A stretch of 63,443 nucleotides of DNA, filler included, from Deltaproteobacteria bacterium (GTDB lineage Bacteria; JAEEML01): NCBI GenBank assembly GCA_016283195.1. It is 4 parts of 4 records of this genome, joined end to end, with 100 filler letters (N's around TTAATTAATTAA, not from the genome) between each part and the next. Parts side by side here need not be neighbours in the genome. Positions count along the whole stretch, not along the records: positions 39,628 to 55,231 come from JAEEML010000150.1; 3 more parts are not named here. One strand, written 5' to 3'. Positions 41,595 to 50,345 of this stretch are shown here, piece by piece (the first letter of the stretch is position 1; every line of letters starts with the position of its first letter). The position numbers and the translations under genes are program-made. The notes below the pieces were generated by a model. It worked only from the letters and a program-made list of their open reading frames with translations. It was not told where the DNA came from and did no database searches.

Positions 41595-42524
41595 TTATTG
41601 GCAAAATCTATTCCAATAATAATCAAGATCTTCCTGGTTTGAAAAGTTTTCCTGAATTTTTACAATATAAGAGCCGTCGTATTTGCAACCGCTGCTAACG
41701 ACATTAAAGGCGCTTGGTGTAGGATTTTCCCGGCCGCCGTCGAACCAAATTACCTCTTCGCCGTCGGTGAGGGCGCCTTGGACATTGTATTCTACATAAA
41801 TGGCATGGAGAGCTTGATCATTATTTATTTCTTCTCTGAATGAATAGCCACCTTTATGGAGCCCGCTTGGTTCGGTTTGTAATGAACTGTTTGTTTCTGA
41901 ATAGTGTTTTAGAAAATAGCTTCCCCATTCTTTGGCAAAAGAATTATTACTGCCGCTGTCCCAGCCGTTCCATACGCCGTCTTGTGGGCGCAAATCAATA
42001 AAATTTAGGGTGGCGGTGCTAAGGACAGAGGGCAAATCGTCATAAGGGCGCGGTGAACGCCTGGTGTAATAGGTTAATTCGCTAAAATGGTTATAATTTT
42101 CAGCGTTTTTAGTGAACCCCGGCAACATGCGGAAAAACCAACTTGGCTGCATAATGGTGGCAAAATCCTCATGGGAAAGGCTGGATAAATGCGGGGCTAT
42201 AGCACTGATGGTAAACTTGCTCTCGCCTTTTACAAGTACCTCGCCGCCGGTAGCAGTAGAAATTGTACCTATGCGAATACATTGATAAATTTGTGCACTG
42301 TCTTCTTGTGCCGCACCTATGTTCTGGCAGCTTATCTGCCTTTTAAGAGCCCACTGATAAACGAAGCGATCGCCGGCTTTGATGGGAAAATGTTCGGAAT
42401 CAGCCGCACTATTGTTGTCGCTACCGTGATAAACATCGGCCAGATTTTCTTCCTGGCCACAATTTGTGACAAAAAACATTAATAATAAGGTTGCATTCAA
42501 ACGCCAAATTGAAGAATATGTCAT
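41595..42524 (-). CDS. Hypothetical lipoprotein
   Basis: 309-aa ORF, GGAGG RBS, hydrophobic N-terminus ending VTNC. Confidence 0.6.
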   Translation of the reverse strand: MTYSSIWRLNATLLLMFFVTNCGQEENLADVYHGSDNNSAADSEHFPIKAGDRFVYQWALKRQISCQNIGAAQEDSAQIYQCIRIGTISTATGGEVLVKGESKFTISAIAPHLSSLSHEDFATIMQPSWFFRMLPGFTKNAENYNHFSELTYYTRRSPRPYDDLPSVLSTATLNFIDLRPQDGVWNGWDSGSNNSFAKEWGSYFLKHYSETNSSLQTEPSGLHKGGYSFREEINNDQALHAIYVEYNVQGALTDGEEVIWFDGGRENPTPSAFNVVSSGCKYDGSYIVKIQENFSNQEDLDYYWNRFCQ

Positions 42525-42582
42525 TTGTTCCTCCTTCGAAAAATGAAGGTAACAAAAAATTTATTATTGAGCTACTCTAAAT

Positions 42583-42614
42583 TTGACACTAAGTGTCACT
42601 TATGATAGCTGTCA
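42583..42614 (+). promoter_or_regulatory. Putative promoter overlapped by a palindromic operator
   Basis: TTGACA-N17-TAGCTG; perfect palindrome TGACACT-A-AGTGTCA at 42584-42598. Confidence 0.45.
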
Positions 42615-42685
42615 CGCAGCCTGAATGGAGCAGGTTGCAACTTTAATGCATATACAGAGTGTTTTTCTCTGTTCTTGGAGGTGAA

Positions 42686-43549
42686 ATGAAGAAGTTAGGA
42701 GTTATGGCTATTGCTGTGCTGGGCGCTGGTTCTTTGCTTTTGAGCACCGGTTGTGCGCCCAAATGGCCTAATTGTAAGACCGACGAACATTGTCAAAAAG
42801 ATGCCAGCGGCCAGGAAATGAATTTTGTCTGTTACAATCAGAGCTGTGTGGAATGTAAAGCCGACGCCGATTGTGAGAAAAAAGACGCCAAAACCCAGTG
42901 TAATATGGATTCACACCGCTGTGAGCCCAAGCCGGAATGTAAGGCTGATGCCGATTGTGCATCCATAAATGCCAATTATGTCTGTAGAGCTCAGCGCTGT
43001 ATGCCTGAATGTAGCCAAGACGCCGATTGCGGCAGCGGCAAAAAGTGCAATCCCGATAATCAGCGCTGCGAAGAGCCAGCTTGCGAATGCCGCGCCGATG
43101 TTGAGTGTGGCAACGGCTTTACCTGCTCCGATTGCAAATGCGTAAAAGCCAACGACCCCTGGGCCAATATCAGCTCCGATTGCCGCCCCGTGGACATGAC
43201 CAACGCCAAGCCGGGCGAGGTAGCTCTGGGCGTGGTGATGTTTGACTTCAATGCCAGCAATATTCGCCCCGATATGCGCGATGTTCTCGATCAAAACATC
43301 AAATGCTTAAAGCAAGCCGGCGATAAGAAAATTGTTTTGGAAGGCCATGCCGATGACCGCGGCACCCAAGAGTATAATATGGCTCTCGGCGAAAATCGTG
43401 CCGACCAGGTTAAAGATTATATCAGCCGCATGGGCGTTGATGTGAGCAATTTTGAAGTGGTTTCCAAAGGTGAGAACGAGCCGGTTTGCCGCCAGGCTAC
43501 CAACGAGTGTTGGGACAAAAACCGCCGCGTAGTCTTTATTCAGCGCTAA
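42686..43549 (+). CDS. OmpA/Pal-like lipoprotein with Cys-rich CxxDxDC repeats
   Basis: Lipobox STGC; five C..D.[DHE]C repeats; FDFN, EGHADDRGT.EYNMALGENRA, NRRV. Confidence 0.9.
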   Translation: MKKLGVMAIAVLGAGSLLLSTGCAPKWPNCKTDEHCQKDASGQEMNFVCYNQSCVECKADADCEKKDAKTQCNMDSHRCEPKPECKADADCASINANYVCRAQRCMPECSQDADCGSGKKCNPDNQRCEEPACECRADVECGNGFTCSDCKCVKANDPWANISSDCRPVDMTNAKPGEVALGVVMFDFNASNIRPDMRDVLDQNIKCLKQAGDKKIVLEGHADDRGTQEYNMALGENRADQVKDYISRMGVDVSNFEVVSKGENEPVCRQATNECWDKNRRVVFIQR

Positions 43550-43597
43550 AAGAACTTTTCTTCCTCTCCTTCCTGCGCCAGCTTTTAGGCTATATTT

Positions 43598-45220
43598 ATG
43601 AAATCATTTATTGCCGCCAAATATCGCCAGCTTCCTAAGGTGCTCTACATTTGGTTGGGGCTCTTATTTGTTTCAGCTTTACTTATCTTGGGCCATTTTC
43701 ACCCTGATGAACTTGGGCAGATTACAGCTTTTGCTTTAGCCAAAGTAGGTGTGGAGCCGCCGGAACTTTTGCCTTGGGAATACCCGGCTAAGATGCGCTC
43801 CTGGCTTGTTCCGGATATGTATATTCCCATTATCGCCGCCGGAAAAGCCCTTCTCGGCCACTATAACTACTTTTTCACCGATAAGCTGATGCTGCTCTTT
43901 AATGTGCTGCTCTGGTTTTTCCTTTTGCCTATCTTAAATAAGACTCTCCACATTTCCAAAGCTATTGATGGTGGTAATAAACAGCAACTTGTCCTCATGG
44001 CTCTTTGCGGCTTTTCTTGGTGCTTGCCAAGTATGGTAGTGCGCCACAGCTCTGAGGCCGTAGGGCTTATGGTGCTTTTGCTCTATCTTTATTTGCAGCT
44101 GCCGGAGCGCAAAGAGCGCCTCTGGCCAGGGGAAGCGCTTTTGGTGGGGCTCATAGCCGCCGTGGCTTTTTGGTGCCGCTTTCAAAATGCTTTTTTTGTG
44201 GCCGGCTTTTGGTGTAGCCAGGCTGTCTATGAGCTGAAAAAAGAGCGTCGCCTGAGCCTCTCTTCCTGGCTTATCGCCCTAGGCGTTATTTTGGGGCTTA
44301 TTATCGGCATAGGTATTGACAGTGCGGGATACGGCACTTTTACAGTTTCTTTTTACAACTATTTTAGAGAAAACATATTAAATGATGTAGCCAGCTTTTT
44401 TGGCCGCAAGTCGGTTTTTTATTACCTTTACCAGCTCATTGCCGTTACGGCGAATCCTTTCTTCTTGGTTTGGGTTCTTTATGCGGCTTATGCCTTATGG
44501 AAAGAGCGTTATTATCGCAATATTTCCGTTGGCCTTGCTCTTTTCTTTTTGGCGCACTTATTGGTACCGCACAAAGAAATTCGCTTTATGTTACCCATGA
44601 CTATCCCGGCTTTGATGTTGCTTTTTGCCCATTTTGAGCAGCATCCCTGGGAAAAAATGGCTTCAAAGTGGCGCTTTATCTATGCTGAGCGCTTTGGCAA
44701 AATATTCTTGGGGCTGAATATTGCTATTTTGGTGCTCTATAGTGCCTTTGGGCTTAGCAATAATCACTATCGCCTTATGCGCGATGTTTTTGCCATTCCC
44801 CATGCTGAAGGCCAGACTGTGCGCCTCTTTTCCAATAGCGATATTTATGGCTATTTTCATGAGGAATATGACCAATATCCCAAGGAAAAAATTCCTTTCA
44901 CCCGCTGGGGATTTCCCTTTTTAATTCCGGAATTTGTGAGTTTTACTTATGCTGACAGCGCCTCTTTTGCGAAGGCTTGCACAGCCGATAAAGAAGCCTA
45001 TCTCCTGCTTTCCAAAGAAAATAGCTCGCAAGTTCTTATTGGCGAACCGCCGCGACCACTTGTCGATTATCCTTATAAAGAATCTATAGCTGCTTTTCCG
45101 CCGCGCTTTACCTTTGCCGGAGATTATTTTTGGCTGAAAATGAAATGGTGGAAGCGTATGCGCCGCTATCAAATTATTAATTGTGCGGATTTTCTTAATT
45201 ATTTAGAGATGAAGAATTAG
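43598..45220 (+). CDS. GT-C membrane glycosyltransferase, Alg9/PIG-B (GT22)-like
   Basis: HPDE..Q, PWEY...RSW..P, RFQ, HKEIRFMLP; about 11-13 TM segments. Confidence 0.7.
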   Translation: MKSFIAAKYRQLPKVLYIWLGLLFVSALLILGHFHPDELGQITAFALAKVGVEPPELLPWEYPAKMRSWLVPDMYIPIIAAGKALLGHYNYFFTDKLMLLFNVLLWFFLLPILNKTLHISKAIDGGNKQQLVLMALCGFSWCLPSMVVRHSSEAVGLMVLLLYLYLQLPERKERLWPGEALLVGLIAAVAFWCRFQNAFFVAGFWCSQAVYELKKERRLSLSSWLIALGVILGLIIGIGIDSAGYGTFTVSFYNYFRENILNDVASFFGRKSVFYYLYQLIAVTANPFFLVWVLYAAYALWKERYYRNISVGLALFFLAHLLVPHKEIRFMLPMTIPALMLLFAHFEQHPWEKMASKWRFIYAERFGKIFLGLNIAILVLYSAFGLSNNHYRLMRDVFAIPHAEGQTVRLFSNSDIYGYFHEEYDQYPKEKIPFTRWGFPFLIPEFVSFTYADSASFAKACTADKEAYLLLSKENSSQVLIGEPPRPLVDYPYKESIAAFPPRFTFAGDYFWLKMKWWKRMRRYQIINCADFLNYLEMKN

Positions 45221-46409
45221 TGGCGTTTAATCTTATATGGTTATCGGCCAAAGCCGCACGGCTCAGCGGCTTGCCATTTTCGCCCTTTTCCAGATAATCC
45301 AAAAAGAGCTCAATCAGCTTAATGGTGGCCATGACATCGCCGGTGTGGCCCACTTCCGAAATGGTGTGCATATTGCGCAGCGGAATGCCCAGTGAGACGG
45401 CGGCGGCGTCTATACTGGCGAAGACCGGCCCCATGGCATCGGTGCCGGTATCGCGGCCGCAGCTTTGAATTTGTAAAGGCAGTTTTTCTTTAGCGGCTAT
45501 TTTGCGCAATAAGCTGTTTAAAAAGGGGCTGGTTATAGAGCCTGTTTCCAGAGCTACGCCGCCGCCGATGGTAGTCTCGGGAAAGCGCTGTTCACCCACG
45601 CCGGGAGCCGCTTTGTAATCGTGAGTAACATCAATGGCCATCAAAATATCCGGCTCTATTTTGTGCGCCATGATGCGGCTACCAAAGCGGCCGATTTCCT
45701 CAAAGGGGGCAAAAGCAAAAATAAGGCGCAGATTTTTATATTTTTGATCTTTAGCCATGAGACGTGCCACCTCCATAGTGACAAAGCAGCCCAGGCCGTT
45801 ATCGAGATAAGGGCCGGTAAAGGTATCTTTGCTAAAGCCGCGGCTAATTGGGCGTTGCAATAAAATAGGATCACCGGGAGCAATGCCCAGTTTTTCCAAA
45901 TCTTTTTGCGGATTTTTGCCATACATTTGCAGTTCCAGATAGAGCTGATTGGCCTTTATGCCTCTATCTCCGCTACGCAATTTGGGATCGGCAAAATGAA
46001 TGGCACCGATAGCCTCAATGGTGCCTCCTTTGAGCGGGCGATAGCGGCCGTTTTGCGGGTCCTGGCTATAGAGCACCACTTTATGGCCAATAAGGGTAAG
46101 CGGCAAAAAGCCATCGCTATCCACCCAAATTTTGCCGTCTTTGCCGATTGAGCGCACTTGTAAGCGGATTTTATCGGCATGGCCTACGAGCATAATAGAA
46201 AGAGCCTCTTTGTCATGCGGTTTGGTATCAAAAATAATGCCGGCATTGCCCTTAAAAGTATATTTCGCCCATTCGGCAGGGGCAAAGGAGGCAAATTCCT
46301 GAGCCAGAAAACCGTGCGTCATAGCTGCTTCAAAGCCCACCGGACTTTGGCATTCCAAAAGGGTGGTAAGGCGCTTAAATTCTTCACTATTCATTTTTTT
46401 TAGTGGCAT
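45195..46409 (-). CDS. M42 family metallopeptidase
   Basis: SPVGFE, GHADKI, LDNGLG, EEIG, DVTH, GTDA, PLRNMHT.SE; GGAG RBS before ATG 46409. Confidence 0.9.
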   Translation of the reverse strand: MPLKKMNSEEFKRLTTLLECQSPVGFEAAMTHGFLAQEFASFAPAEWAKYTFKGNAGIIFDTKPHDKEALSIMLVGHADKIRLQVRSIGKDGKIWVDSDGFLPLTLIGHKVVLYSQDPQNGRYRPLKGGTIEAIGAIHFADPKLRSGDRGIKANQLYLELQMYGKNPQKDLEKLGIAPGDPILLQRPISRGFSKDTFTGPYLDNGLGCFVTMEVARLMAKDQKYKNLRLIFAFAPFEEIGRFGSRIMAHKIEPDILMAIDVTHDYKAAPGVGEQRFPETTIGGGVALETGSITSPFLNSLLRKIAAKEKLPLQIQSCGRDTGTDAMGPVFASIDAAAVSLGIPLRNMHTISEVGHTGDVMATIKLIELFLDYLEKGENGKPLSRAALADNHIRLNATNSSSLNN

Positions 46410-46431
46410 ATTGTTTCTCCGCTGAAAAAGG

Positions 46432-49400
46432 CTAGGCATTGCTTTTTAGCCCATAGCTTCTGGCTATTTGTTTGCAATCGGCCAGTGTTTGCAAATAGTG
46501 TTCGTTGGCCGGGTCTTCAAGGAGCAAAAAGGTTAAAATATGTTCGGCTTTCATACATAATTCTTTTGGTGAAAGCGGGCCGTAACGGTGCATACTGGTG
46601 CGCGACATGGTTAAATAAACATTAGCCAAACTGTATCTTAGCTCCCTGGCTCTGGGGAAGGCTTTTATTTGTCTGGTGAGTAGGCTTATGGCTTCGTCTT
46701 CTTGTTTTTTGGCTTCATCATTTTTGCCCAGTTGACGCAAAATGGCCGCCGAGGCGCACAAAATACCGCATTTGGTGGTTAAATAGAGTAAATTATGCGG
46801 ATAGATTGCCGTGAGTTCCGTGGCCAGTTCCAAGGCCAGGCGGCAAGCCAGAAGACCTTCGCGGCTTTTGCCGCCGCTGTGTATTCTCAGGCCGCAGGTA
46901 TTTAGGGCAATGGCTATGCGGTGGCGCGCTTCGTCTCTCTTTTCCGCTTTTTGGCTGCTCTTGTTTAGCCATTGCAAGGCCGCAAAATAGGCTTCCGCGC
47001 CCTTGTCCGGCTTGTCATTTTCCTGCTCGGTCACCGCCTTATTTTGGTAAATAGTGGCTAAATCATCGGCCAGCGGCCCCGGCCCCCCTTTGACCTTTTC
47101 GGCCAAAGGCTCCAAAATGGCAGTGGCCTCATTATAAAACTCCAAAGCCTCTCTGAAAAAAGCGCAATTAAAAGAAAGAACGCCAAGCACATTATAGCAA
47201 AGAGCCAAATCGCGTTTGTATTCCGGTTCTTTGGCAACGGCCCCGTTAATTCCGCAGAGCAGTAAACGCCATTTTAGAGAGTGAGCATAAGTAGTGCCGG
47301 AGAGCGAAAAGAGCCCCATGGCACTATAAAGAACGCCCAAATTATAGTAAAAAACCGAAAAGTTTTTAATGTGTATAGGCGTTCTCGGGCTGGTTATTAG
47401 GTAGTGCTTATAAAGAGCCAGGGCATTTAGACAAAAGAGGCGGGCCATGTTATTCTGCCCGCTGTTTTTCAGCAACAGGCCGAGGCTGTTTTCGCTGATG
47501 GCTTCGGGAACGGTGGCGTAGCCGGGGACCATTTGCACGGTTATTTCGTTAAAAAGTCGTTCCTTGAGCCTTTGGGTTATATCTCTAAAATCACCCGGTA
47601 TATTTAATGAGCTGTTTAATGCTGTTTCCATCGCCAGCGGTAAAAGACGGTAATCAAAGGGCGCGTTTTCCTGCTCAAAACGATGAAATTCCTGGCTTAA
47701 AGCCGCTGCTTCTTCCTTGTTTGGTTCCTCTTTTTTTAGCCGCTTTAAAGCCATATTAGCCCAAAAAAGATACAAATCCCTCTCAGGAAGCTCTTGGCTT
47801 TCAGTTAGAAAATCTTTCAGTCGCTCCCAGGAAGCAATGGCATCACTTAGCGCTTCTTCAGCTTCAAAAGCAATAGCGGCGGTAATGAGCGCCTCAATTT
47901 TTAGTGTGGGCTCCAGATCCGCAGCCGCGCATATTTCAAAAATTGTGCCGGCGGTCGCTAAGGTAGCCGCTTCATAACTGCGGCCGGTTATTGCCAGCGA
48001 AGAGAGCATCAGTTTTAAATAGCTATTTTTGAGCGGTGTCTTTAATTTTAGCTGTAAATCAAGCTTGTTAAAGTAAGTAGCTGCCGGAGCAAAAGTGGCG
48101 CCGGCCCGCTCGATATTGCCTGCGGCAAGATGCAGGCGGCATTTGCTGGAGAGAGCGTCCAGGTAAAGTGCGGCATAGAGGAAATCTTTATCAGCCAGAG
48201 TTTGGGCCAAAGCAGCCGCTGTTTTATAGCAACTGGCGGCAATAGCGGTTTTTTCCATTAGCGCCAAACGCTCAGCCAGTTTATAGCAAAAATCGGCACC
48301 CTCCCTGACAGGCCCGGCCAGGGCGGTATTTTGCAAAATAGTTAAAATTTGTTCGTAGATTCTTTGGCCGTAGCCGCCTTCGCCGGCGCCGATTTCTGCG
48401 GCCAGTTCTATAAATGCCTCCGCCAGTCCCGCGGGATCTTGTTGCAAATACTTAGCCAAATCGGGAGAATTTGTAAGCGGCGCTTTTTTAACTTCCTCAG
48501 CCAGCTCATAGAGCAGCAATTTGCTCGTTTTTGGGTATCTTCCGCGGCGGTAGAGGAGCACTTCTGGAATAGCGGCAACAAAAAAGCGGTAGCCATCATC
48601 GGTTTTATTTAATAGCCCAAGAGAACAGAGTTTTTCCGCTGCCGTAGTTGTTTCCGGTTTGGAAAAATCACTGAAAAGATTTCCGTTTGCGCAGTTTATT
48701 TCATTTAAAAGAGTTTTAAGCGCTTCATAGGCTTCTATATCAGCATTTTTTAAAACACTTTCCAGCTCCCCGATTAGTGATAGCGGGCTAGAAAAAGGTT
48801 TGGGCATAATTTGCGGAAAGGTGTTACATAGCCAGTAATAGTAACTCATGGCCCATGGGGCCGATAAAGCATCCGGTGCCGCATCGCCGATTTTATTGCC
48901 AAGATTTTTTAGCAGACGGCGTAAATCCAGTGGGGCAATGCCCGGTAAACGTAAAAAAAGGGGCTTTTTAGACTCTCCGAAAAGCGGCGTTTTATGGTGC
49001 GCATGGTGTAAATACTTGGCACAGGTAAGGCCAAAGTTTTCTGGAATATGGCCGCTTAGAAGCACAATTTTAAACAACCGGCTATGACCGGCGGCTTTTA
49101 TCAGTTGCTCCAGCTCTGTCCGGGAAGCAGGCGTAGAAAGCGCAAAAGGGTCATCAAGTATCAGGGTAAAAGAGGTTAACTCATAGCCGGAGAGAAGAGT
49201 AGATGTCACCCAGGTGACCAGCGCTTCCGGCGAGGTAAAGTAATTATCGGCAAAGCCCAAAATGCGAGCTATAGCCGTAGTGATTTTTTGCCCGTCACGC
49301 AAGTTATCAGCTGTTAGCAAAAGCGGCAGGGATCTTGGCCAGCAAACTGTTTTGGCTGAAGCATTATTATCATCTGCCGGCGCTGAAACTTTTTGCGGCT

Positions 49401-49809
49401 CTTCTCCTGTCTCTTTGGCATATTGTTTTTGCGCGGCATAAATAGCGGTTAAATAGGTAGTTAAATAAATAGCCGTGGCACTCTTTCCGCAGGATGGCGG
49501 AATACTGAAAAGCATGGCCGAGGTGTACTCTTTAGCGCCACATTCCGCGCCGTCGGCCACCAAATCCAGTATTTCTTCCCAAGTGGGATAAGGCTTTATA
49601 AAAGGCAGATATTTAAAGTGATTTTCGCGCTTTAAGAGAGTGTCGCAGGTAATTCTGTTATGCTCGATTAAAAGATTGATAAGCGGAGCGGTGTCGGCAG
49701 CCGGTGCGGCTAGGCGCTTTTTTACTTCATAAAAAGCCGTTTGCAACACACTAAGTGATTCGGCAGCCCCTTTATCAGCTGGCGGGCAGATTAATTTATC
49801 TTTGTCCAT
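46432..49809 (-). CDS. Large protein with degenerate STAND/NACHT-like NTPase region and C-terminal TPR repeats
   Basis: IPPSCGKSA (Walker A-like), TLILDD (Walker B-like), LGLL....GYRF winged-helix-like motif, TPR-like YKRDLALCYNVLG and YYNLGVLY. Confidence 0.6.
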   Translation of the reverse strand: MDKDKLICPPADKGAAESLSVLQTAFYEVKKRLAAPAADTAPLINLLIEHNRITCDTLLKRENHFKYLPFIKPYPTWEEILDLVADGAECGAKEYTSAMLFSIPPSCGKSATAIYLTTYLTAIYAAQKQYAKETGEEPQKVSAPADDNNASAKTVCWPRSLPLLLTADNLRDGQKITTAIARILGFADNYFTSPEALVTWVTSTLLSGYELTSFTLILDDPFALSTPASRTELEQLIKAAGHSRLFKIVLLSGHIPENFGLTCAKYLHHAHHKTPLFGESKKPLFLRLPGIAPLDLRRLLKNLGNKIGDAAPDALSAPWAMSYYYWLCNTFPQIMPKPFSSPLSLIGELESVLKNADIEAYEALKTLLNEINCANGNLFSDFSKPETTTAAEKLCSLGLLNKTDDGYRFFVAAIPEVLLYRRGRYPKTSKLLLYELAEEVKKAPLTNSPDLAKYLQQDPAGLAEAFIELAAEIGAGEGGYGQRIYEQILTILQNTALAGPVREGADFCYKLAERLALMEKTAIAASCYKTAAALAQTLADKDFLYAALYLDALSSKCRLHLAAGNIERAGATFAPAATYFNKLDLQLKLKTPLKNSYLKLMLSSLAITGRSYEAATLATAGTIFEICAAADLEPTLKIEALITAAIAFEAEEALSDAIASWERLKDFLTESQELPERDLYLFWANMALKRLKKEEPNKEEAAALSQEFHRFEQENAPFDYRLLPLAMETALNSSLNIPGDFRDITQRLKERLFNEITVQMVPGYATVPEAISENSLGLLLKNSGQNNMARLFCLNALALYKHYLITSPRTPIHIKNFSVFYYNLGVLYSAMGLFSLSGTTYAHSLKWRLLLCGINGAVAKEPEYKRDLALCYNVLGVLSFNCAFFREALEFYNEATAILEPLAEKVKGGPGPLADDLATIYQNKAVTEQENDKPDKGAEAYFAALQWLNKSSQKAEKRDEARHRIAIALNTCGLRIHSGGKSREGLLACRLALELATELTAIYPHNLLYLTTKCGILCASAAILRQLGKNDEAKKQEDEAISLLTRQIKAFPRARELRYSLANVYLTMSRTSMHRYGPLSPKELCMKAEHILTFLLLEDPANEHYLQTLADCKQIARSYGLKSNA

Positions 49810-50345
49810 TTCCCTGGACTTTCTTCAAACATATAGCCGCTTTTGGCGCTGTCCCTCAAAAGTTGGTGATAAACGCTGCGCATATCGCTGACGTTGGCCG
49901 GTGTAAGCGAGTTATCCATTTGAATGGCGAGGTCTATAATATTTTTGCGGTCTTCGTTGTCTTCGGCCACTAACCTGGCTACCAGCTCTTTTTTGTCGGC
50001 ATTGTTTGACAGTAGTTCGCAAGGCAAAACTTCAGCTTGGCCGCGGATATTTTCGCCAATGCACCCCTCGCTTTTGAAAACGGCTATATCATCTTCATTA
50101 AAGAGCTGGCGTCTTCTGGCTGACAGTGCTTTTTGATAGCTCTCGCTAAGAGCGGTGGAGCCATTATCGCTGCTGCCCGGGCCGCGTACCGAGGCAACTG
50201 TGGCCAGAGAGCTGTCGAGCTCTTCATAAGTGCCGGTAAGCTGGCGCTCATAGGCCGTTTTTTGACCCACATTAACCATTTTTATGTTGATGCAAGCGGT
50301 GAGCAGCAGGGTGCCGGTGAGCACCGCAATAAATTCCTTTTTCAT
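49791..50345 (-). CDS. DUF1318/YdbL-like lipoprotein
   Basis: Lipobox LTAC, G.IGEN..G, V.EDN.DR, C-terminal G...E..PG.W. Confidence 0.75.
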   Translation of the reverse strand: MKKEFIAVLTGTLLLTACINIKMVNVGQKTAYERQLTGTYEELDSSLATVASVRGPGSSDNGSTALSESYQKALSARRRQLFNEDDIAVFKSEGCIGENIRGQAEVLPCELLSNNADKKELVARLVAEDNEDRKNIIDLAIQMDNSLTPANVSDMRSVYHQLLRDSAKSGYMFEESPGKWTKIN

